Source of the DNA: Vampirovibrionaceae bacterium NZW_1234
GTDB taxonomy: Bacteria; Cyanobacteriota; Vampirovibrionia; Vampirovibrionales; JAGQHJ01
Assembly: GCA_041697335.1 (NCBI GenBank)
Contig: JBGUGD010000001.1
Coordinates: 1-64,000, forward strand
Length of the DNA: 64,000 bases
Direction: 5' to 3'
Shown here: positions 58,036 to 64,000 of the stretch, piece after piece
How positions within the stretch are numbered: position 1 is the first letter of the stretch
Layout: each line of letters opens with the position of its first letter
Made by a program: the position numbers and the translations under genes
Notes under the pieces: model-generated
Seen by the model: only the letters and a program-made list of their open reading frames with translations
The model's database searches: none
Told to the model about the DNA's origin: nothing

Positions 58036-58422
58036 TTAGGTGACAGGCGCTTCTGCGAGTGCAATAGAATACTCTGTTGCCCAATCGGTGAGTGCATGTG
58101 TCATTTCGGGAGTCCAAGGCGGTTGAGTTGATTCGTTGCGTTCTTCAAATAAAGCAATGCCTCTGGCTTCATCCTCATGCCAGCGGGGATAGAGATGAAT
58201 ATGAAGATGGGGCAGTACCTCTGAAAGTGTGATCCAGTAGACTCGTTTGGCCCCGAGGCTTTCTAAACGCGTGGCCCAGGCCTTGGCTGCAACAAACATC
58301 TCGATAGGAAGATCTTTATAAGATGTGCTCAATGTTGTGGGTGCAAGTTGCAGGTAACCCCCGCGGATTCCGGGGAGGGCTGCTAGAGAGTATTCCGAAT
58401 CAAGTAGGAACGGATTGTTCAT
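58036..58422 (-). CDS. HIT-family protein
   Basis: PHLHIHLYPR histidine triad. Confidence 0.85.
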   Translation of the reverse strand: MNNPFLLDSEYSLAALPGIRGGYLQLAPTTLSTSYKDLPIEMFVAAKAWATRLESLGAKRVYWITLSEVLPHLHIHLYPRWHEDEARGIALFEERNESTQPPWTPEMTHALTDWATEYSIALAEAPVT

Positions 58423-58460
58423 GTGAGGCTACTCTAATTGAATTCACCACTAAAAAACTT

Positions 58461-59702
58461 CTAACACGGCTTAGCGTATGAAGGCTGAACGTTTATTCGC
58501 ACAGAGGCTATTGCGGATTCAACGTGAGAGATGACGCTTTTTCTATCTTCGGCGCTGACCATGACGTAGCCGAAGCGGTCGGGGTGGGATTGGATGGGGG
58601 GCTGAAAATCGCCCGGGCTTCGAAAAAAGCCATAGGTCATTAGCCCTGGAATTTTTTTCAGGTCCTCTTCTCCGTGAATCTGGGTCACGACTCCGGAGGG
58701 TGGGAACCAATAGCGAATGGCCACTGCGCGATGATGCGTAGGCGTTAAATCATCGGGTCGGATGGGTTCACCCAAGGCATGGGAAATAACGGCCTGGACC
58801 AAGTCGACGCCACTGGCCTCAGGAATCTGGTGGGTGGCAAACCAGCCGCCGGATAAGCGGGCCGCCAGCTCAATAATCATGGGTGTGCCGTCTTCGTGGA
58901 TGACCAAATCCCCTTTGACAATCCCTTGGGTGATACCCATGGCTTTAGCACCCTCAAGAATCAAATCATCAATTGCGCGGCGCTGGGATTCACTGACGGG
59001 GGCAGGCATCGTACCCCCATCTTCGATGATATAAGGCGAGAACTCCGCCATTCGCGAGTAATTACGCTCCGAGAGAGTTGGGGTGTAGATTTTGCCGCCG
59101 AGTAAAAAAGATTCGCTGGAAATTTGCATGCCACCAATGAACTGTTCAATCATGACTCGGCCACAATCTCCCCAGCGGACCGACTCTGCATAGGCCCAGG
59201 ACAAATCAGTGGTGGTGTCTATTTGTAAAACGCCTCTTGCCCCTCTACCGTCAATGGGTTTGATGACATACCGTGTGTTTGGGTTCGCCAAAACAATTTG
59301 GCGAAGCTCTGCTTCGGACCCAAGCTCTTGAAACCATGGGCAAGGCACGTTATGGGCTGCAAAACGTTGCTTCATCAACAATTTGTTGCTCGCCACGTGT
59401 GCCGACTCCAGGCTGATGCCGGGAAGGCCTAAGGCGTTTGCCACCGTTGCAACGGTATAGGGGACGTCGTTTGCAATGGTCATCACGCCATCAATGGGAT
59501 GAGATGCATGAAATTGCTGAACAGCTGCCAGCGTCTCCTCTGGATCTCGGGTAGAGGCCAGCAAGGTTGCGTCGGCCAACCGGAGCCCTGGGGCATGGGC
59601 ATGTTTATCTGTCCCCACAACAAAAAGGCCTCTTGCGCGGGCTCGTTCATAGGCAGGTACTTGTTCGACTCCCCCACCAATAATGAGCAGGGTCTTTGGC
59701 AT
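58461..59702 (-). CDS. ATP-grasp domain protein
   Basis: NKLLMK, VIKPIDGRGARGV, IEQFIGG, IIELAARLSGG. Confidence 0.9.
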   Translation of the reverse strand: MPKTLLIIGGGVEQVPAYERARARGLFVVGTDKHAHAPGLRLADATLLASTRDPEETLAAVQQFHASHPIDGVMTIANDVPYTVATVANALGLPGISLESAHVASNKLLMKQRFAAHNVPCPWFQELGSEAELRQIVLANPNTRYVIKPIDGRGARGVLQIDTTTDLSWAYAESVRWGDCGRVMIEQFIGGMQISSESFLLGGKIYTPTLSERNYSRMAEFSPYIIEDGGTMPAPVSESQRRAIDDLILEGAKAMGITQGIVKGDLVIHEDGTPMIIELAARLSGGWFATHQIPEASGVDLVQAVISHALGEPIRPDDLTPTHHRAVAIRYWFPPSGVVTQIHGEEDLKKIPGLMTYGFFRSPGDFQPPIQSHPDRFGYVMVSAEDRKSVISHVESAIASVRINVQPSYAKPC

Positions 59703-59789
59703 ATGTGAGATGACCTTATGGGATTGAAGGTTATAGTAGCATCATAAAAGAGGTGACTGGAAAGAGGAACCGGCTCTTCAAGACGGGGC

Positions 59790-60356
59790 CTATGCAATTC
59801 TTTTGCTCTGGTTCAGCCCCAGGACCCATCGGGTCAGGACCAGGACAGGCCCGAAAACAAGGACATCACCAAGACAGGCTTTTGCAAAAGACAGAAGGTA
59901 GGGTTGTCCCAGTGCATAATAACTGCCGACACTTCGCATAAAGAACAGGGGGGTGTAAAAAAATTGATCCGAAAAAGGCCACAGCAATTGTGTTCCGTAG
60001 GGTGGCTTAAAGTCCAGGCAGCTCATATCCAGAATGGGATGACTCATGACGGCTAAGGGAAGAAGCCAAATCAGGTGCTTGGGACGAGGCAAATGTTTCC
60101 GGGAGTGCCAGATTAAAATTCCTGTGGCAATGACCACGCCAATCACAAAATCCGTTGGCAACGCATGGCTGAAGGTTCGATGTGTTGACTTGGGTAGTAA
60201 TTCCAAATGGATTGGGACGATATCCAGATCGGGCAAGCCGGTGGCGATGACAAAGATGCCTGCCCAGAGCCAGGAAAATCGTGGCTGATGGTTCAGTTTC
60301 TGAAAGACGCTATAAAGGGTTAATCCCACAAGCATGTGGGCGATGGGTGCCGACAC
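59790..60356 (-). CDS. Membrane-bound metal-dependent hydrolase (YdjM-like)
   Basis: AH, LPDLD, HRTFSH, SHPILD, LLWPFS. Confidence 0.85.
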   Translation of the reverse strand: MSAPIAHMLVGLTLYSVFQKLNHQPRFSWLWAGIFVIATGLPDLDIVPIHLELLPKSTHRTFSHALPTDFVIGVVIATGILIWHSRKHLPRPKHLIWLLPLAVMSHPILDMSCLDFKPPYGTQLLWPFSDQFFYTPLFFMRSVGSYYALGQPYLLSFAKACLGDVLVFGPVLVLTRWVLGLNQSKRIA

Positions 60357-60446
60357 GAAGCATTCCTGCGCTGTAGATTACACTAAGGCTTTATTATAGT
60401 CAGTTTCGCTTGTTATGGGAAACGCCGGGCAGGCAGGTTTTTTATC

Positions 60447-61190
60447 TTATGCCTTTTGGAAGGCTTCAAGCGCTTGTAAAAAAGCCAAATCTTTTTCGGA
60501 TAAAGTGGCTTCTGCCAGAAGCTCCGGGCGATATCGATACGTGAGCTCCAGTGATTTCTCACGACGCCAGCGGGCAATTTCGGCATGGTTGCCTGAGAGT
60601 AAAACGGATGGGACTTCCAATCCTTCGAATATCGGAGGGCGTGTAAAATGAGGGTATTCCAGAAGTCCTTCCGTAAACGATTCCTCTTCGGCAGAGGCAT
60701 CTTTTCCCAAAGCCCCGGGAAGAAGCCTTGTTGTGGCGTCAATAATGCTCATGGCTGCTAACTCGCCGCCCGTGAGAACAAAATCACCGAGAGAAACCAG
60801 TTCGATTTCTGGAATCAGTTGCATGATGCGGGCATCAATACCTTCATAGTGACCGCAAAGGATGACGATCTGTTCGGCCTGTGCCAGTTCCTTGGCCATA
60901 GCCTGGTTCAGGGGTTTGCCCTGCGGGGCGGTCATCAGGATGCGATGGTTGGGTGCCATCGGACTTAAACTTCGGTAGGCATCCATAATGGGTTTACACA
61001 TCATCACCATTCCAACGCCACCGCCATAGGGCGCATCATCCACTTTATGATGAACGTCGGTTGTAAAGTCACGAGGGTTGATGGTTTGAACCTGGATAAT
61101 CTGGTTTTTCTGGGCTCTTCCGATAATGCTGGCGGCACAGTAGTGCTGTATTTCATTGGGGAAGAGGGTAATGACAGAAAAGGTCAGCAT
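60447..61190 (-). CDS. trmD: tRNA (guanine-N1)-methyltransferase
   Basis: VDDAPYGGGVGMV, CGHYEGID, GDFVLTGGE, LLEYPHFTRP. Confidence 0.98.
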   Translation of the reverse strand: MLTFSVITLFPNEIQHYCAASIIGRAQKNQIIQVQTINPRDFTTDVHHKVDDAPYGGGVGMVMMCKPIMDAYRSLSPMAPNHRILMTAPQGKPLNQAMAKELAQAEQIVILCGHYEGIDARIMQLIPEIELVSLGDFVLTGGELAAMSIIDATTRLLPGALGKDASAEEESFTEGLLEYPHFTRPPIFEGLEVPSVLLSGNHAEIARWRREKSLELTYRYRPELLAEATLSEKDLAFLQALEAFQKA

Positions 61191-61197
61191 AGGTGGT

Positions 61198-61734
61198 TTA
61201 GGAGCCCGTAGCGGGTTCAAACAAATTATCCAGACCCGTGATGAAAATTGTTTCACGATCACGGTCTACGGACGGAATAAACACCGTCTGGAACGGAATC
61301 AGAATGGGTTCACTCAAAGTCTCGTTTTGAATTTCCAGAAAATCGCCGGCTGCAGAACTCAATACTTCGGTAACCACGCCCAGGGATTTACCGGAATCAT
61401 GGCTTGTCACTTTCAGACCGACCAGGGAATCGGCATAAAATTCGTCTTCGTCCAGTTCAGGTAAGTCCGCTTCGATGGCTTTTAAGGTAAATCCTTTCAG
61501 TTTTTCTGCGTCATCCCGGGTTTCGACACCGGCAAATTTAAGAATGACTCGGCGCCCTTGCCAGCGGCCCGACTGGATGTTCATTTCTACAGGTCCGGAA
61601 GGTTTAAACATGTAAACCTGGGATAAATGGCCAAGCCAAGAGGCATCCTCGTCAAACGGCTTTATTTCCACGTCCCCTTTAAGGCCGTGAGCGTCTGTAA
61701 TGACAGCAATGGTGCGTAAGGTCTGCGCTTTCAT
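61198..61734 (-). CDS. rimM: 16S rRNA processing protein RimM
   Basis: AHGLKG, LPELDEDEFY..LVGL, LIPF; directly upstream of trmD. Confidence 0.95.
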   Translation of the reverse strand: MKAQTLRTIAVITDAHGLKGDVEIKPFDEDASWLGHLSQVYMFKPSGPVEMNIQSGRWQGRRVILKFAGVETRDDAEKLKGFTLKAIEADLPELDEDEFYADSLVGLKVTSHDSGKSLGVVTEVLSSAAGDFLEIQNETLSEPILIPFQTVFIPSVDRDRETIFITGLDNLFEPATGS

Positions 61735-61796
61735 GCCGTCTATCTTGACACTATGGTGTCAGGTTTTCAAGCCTGGTTGCTGAAGGTCGATCGGTC

Positions 61797-62681
61797 CTAG
61801 GCGACAGCGGCCAATGAAGCGACAAGATCGGGATATTGGTTTGCCAGGAGACTTGAGAAAACGCTATCGTCAATTTGACTTGCTGCGGCGGCCAAGGCTT
61901 TGTCAGGCAGCTGGGAGAGAAACTGGACAAGCAGATTATCCGGCAACAGCTGAAATAATTCGATGAGACTTGGCTTTGGCATGGTATCGATGACCCGGAA
62001 CAGATTCTCCCGGGGCACCATCATTAACAGTTCCGGATCCCGCTTTACTTGGAACGTGATGAAGTCCAGCAAGTTGCGCTGATCCATGGACTTTAGACCT
62101 TCGACAATTTGTTCCTTCTTCAACTGTCGAAACATGGCCATCAGTTCTTTGTGCTTTAATTTGTCAACGTTTTGGCTGGTAATATTCCCCATGAGCCGCT
62201 GTAAGACATCCAGGGGCATGTTCTCGAAGCCTTTGACCAGGTCTCTTACCTCAAGGCGTTTTGAGCGCAGGATATTAAAAATAACTTCGGTAGGAAAAAG
62301 CTGCATTAAACGCTCAACGGGGATGACCCAGAGTAAAAGCTTCAGAATGACTTCCTTGGGCAGTTGTCTCAGGAATAAAATGAGTTTGGAGCGAGGGAAG
62401 AGATTTAATGCATTAACCAACTTGTCCTTTTCCAGAAGGTATAACAAGGCGGTAATGTCTCCTCGTCTCATGAGTCTGATAATGTAATATTTATTTTGGC
62501 TGATGTTGAGTTTTTTAATCATGCTGTCCAGGTCTTGGGGACGATAGCCGGTTTCCTGGAGATAGCGGTCTCCCCCATTGTTTTCCACGGTATCGGGCGT
62601 GAAAAACGTGTTCAACTGCATTTGATCCAGATAATAATACTGCGATGCCAAATCCGCCGGGTTCAGCGCGTCAATCTGCAC
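61797..62681 (-). CDS. Helical repeat protein (MgtE-N/FliG-like 12-aa periodicity)
   Basis: Repeated [LM]P.E.L..LL.. units. Confidence 0.7.
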   Translation of the reverse strand: MQIDALNPADLASQYYYLDQMQLNTFFTPDTVENNGGDRYLQETGYRPQDLDSMIKKLNISQNKYYIIRLMRRGDITALLYLLEKDKLVNALNLFPRSKLILFLRQLPKEVILKLLLWVIPVERLMQLFPTEVIFNILRSKRLEVRDLVKGFENMPLDVLQRLMGNITSQNVDKLKHKELMAMFRQLKKEQIVEGLKSMDQRNLLDFITFQVKRDPELLMMVPRENLFRVIDTMPKPSLIELFQLLPDNLLVQFLSQLPDKALAAAASQIDDSVFSSLLANQYPDLVASLAAVA

Positions 62682-62973
62682 GGCTCTCTCCTCGTACTTC
62701 TCTTCTATATTTTCGGGGGCAATGTGGAATAAGCCGTGTATCGGATCGATAACCTGCTCTATGGAGAGCGGTCAGGGTTATTGTTACATGTCGTTACAAA
62801 ATAAGTGAGATTTCTATTTTGTTGTTTGCACGAATTCAAAATTCATGTTATTTAAAATTCATCAATTCCTCTAATTAATATCTTCTCTTACTTCTCTTCT
62901 CATGGACGACAGCTCGATCTGTCGTCTTTTTATTTGGGTTGGTTTCAGAAACACGATTTTTTTTCCTGACGGG

Positions 62974-63585
62974 TTAAAAGTCCAGCTTCAGCCATTTGGG
63001 CTTCGTGTCATAGGGCATTGTGTTGTTGGCCGTTATGCATTGGCCATTATTGAGGCAAATTCGGGTGTTTGGTCGTAAACTGTTGGTGCCTCCTACTCTG
63101 ACAATGCCATCGGTGTACAAATACAGATTGACACCATCGTAGGGACCAATACCGACATGGGAGTTGGAAAGGCCGTCCGGGTCAAAGTAAATGAGGATGG
63201 CATTATTGGGCTTTGTACCCCCAAACCTGCTAGGGAGCGTATAACCCATGGCAGTTCCATTAGGAAGCTGAAGGCAGGCGAATTGAGGCATTGAGCAATT
63301 CAGCAGGTTTGCATTGCCTTCAATGAATTTAGCTTCGGTTGTTCTATGTGCGTTTAGCCCCTGACGCAATTGTTCCATGCCTGTACTCGTCTTCAAGGCG
63401 CCTTTATACACGGCCATCATGTCGGTTAAAGTGACCATGGCCTCCTTGGTAAAGCTGTTTCGTTGCTGATTTTTTTGGTTCGTCAAGACTTTGGGAATGG
63501 TAAAGCTTGCAATAACACCTAAGAGCAGAACACCAACCAGTAGTTCGGTTAGCGAGAACCCAGACTTTTTTTGTAGAACCAGCAT
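62974..63585 (-). CDS. Type IV pilin / prepilin-type N-methylation domain protein
   Basis: KKSG|FSLTELLVGVLLLGVIASFTIP class III signal. RBS GGAGG. Confidence 0.9.
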   Translation of the reverse strand: MLVLQKKSGFSLTELLVGVLLLGVIASFTIPKVLTNQKNQQRNSFTKEAMVTLTDMMAVYKGALKTSTGMEQLRQGLNAHRTTEAKFIEGNANLLNCSMPQFACLQLPNGTAMGYTLPSRFGGTKPNNAILIYFDPDGLSNSHVGIGPYDGVNLYLYTDGIVRVGGTNSLRPNTRICLNNGQCITANNTMPYDTKPKWLKLDF

Positions 63586-63785
63586 CGGGTGGCCTCCAGC
63601 CATAGTAAAAAAGTTGTCCTGCCTGAAACAAATCGGGTATCGGTAAGGCAACTAAAAAATGAAGGGAGATGTTTATGAAATTTAAAATCAGGTCTATGCA
63701 ATCATGGTTGAACTGCTATAATCGGCGTAGACCTCGCACTTGTATTTTTGGAATTGATACCCTACGGATTTAAAGGAGTTATTTG

Positions 63786-64000
63786 ATGACCTGGCCTGTG
63801 GCCCCTCAATTTGCTGCGGCACCGCCGTCGGTTGCTCAGATTCTTCAATCTAGCCGTGGTCAGTTGTTTGTTTTGTCAGGCCCTTCCGGTTCCGGGAAGA
63901 CCACTCTGATTGATGAACTCTTTAAGCAACCCGATATGACTTCCCAATTTTCCCGAATTCCTTCCGTGAAGACACGCCTGCCCCGAAATGCCGAGGAACT
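63786..64000 (+). CDS. gmk: Guanylate kinase-like protein, partial (runs off the window)
   Basis: GQLFVLSGPSGSGKTTL...SVKTRLPR. RBS AAGGAG. Confidence 0.8.
   Translation, partial: MTWPVAPQFAAAPPSVAQILQSSRGQLFVLSGPSGSGKTTLIDELFKQPDMTSQFSRIPSVKTRLPRNAEE

Noticed and set aside
56661..59702. Capsule or EPS biosynthesis locus
   Set aside because: The Wza-like gene, ATP-grasp gene and distant rfbF are scattered, with no glycosyltransferase, flippase or polymerase cluster.

Overview
A 64-kb bacterial chromosomal segment. Inferred, not proven, to come from a non-photosynthetic Vampirovibrionia/Melainabacteria-type organism, based on pilin-like proteins with a D-x-N-G-x-K-G-P-N motif and many orphan proteins with an N-terminal 'xRFG' leader. 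Ordinary content: IlvD/Edd dehydratase + DapA-like aldolase + cyclase operon, upp, pterin dehydratase, DUF1611/epimerase/amidohydrolase operon, rfbF, aceA-aceB, MaoC, SRPBCC, MCP, Wza-like exporter, HIT, ATP-grasp, rimM-trmD, pilin and a partial gmk. Most notable: (1) a four-gene operon (TPM/HEAT protein with a Pro/Tyr tail, membrane-anchored PspA-like protein, single-module ClpB-D2-like AAA+ ATPase, soluble PspA-like protein), a candidate ESCRT-III-like remodelling system next to two prolyl 4-hydroxylases and a HEAT-subtilase; (2) a complete photoactive yellow protein cluster whose ligase has an ACP-like GxDS domain and lies near a PPTase; (3) three signal-peptide-less curlin-like repeat proteins sharing a 16-bp upstream motif around an orphan NarL/LuxR regulator; (4) a shared N-terminal [LVP]-x-F-[GS] leader on many unrelated proteins; (5) a ~1,077-aa protein of tandem sigma-70 region-4 units; (6) an 11-bp-phased CACGCG double-hairpin array; (7) a tRNA-Arg(ACG) cut off right after its anticodon loop. 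All assignments come from motif recognition by eye; no searches were run.
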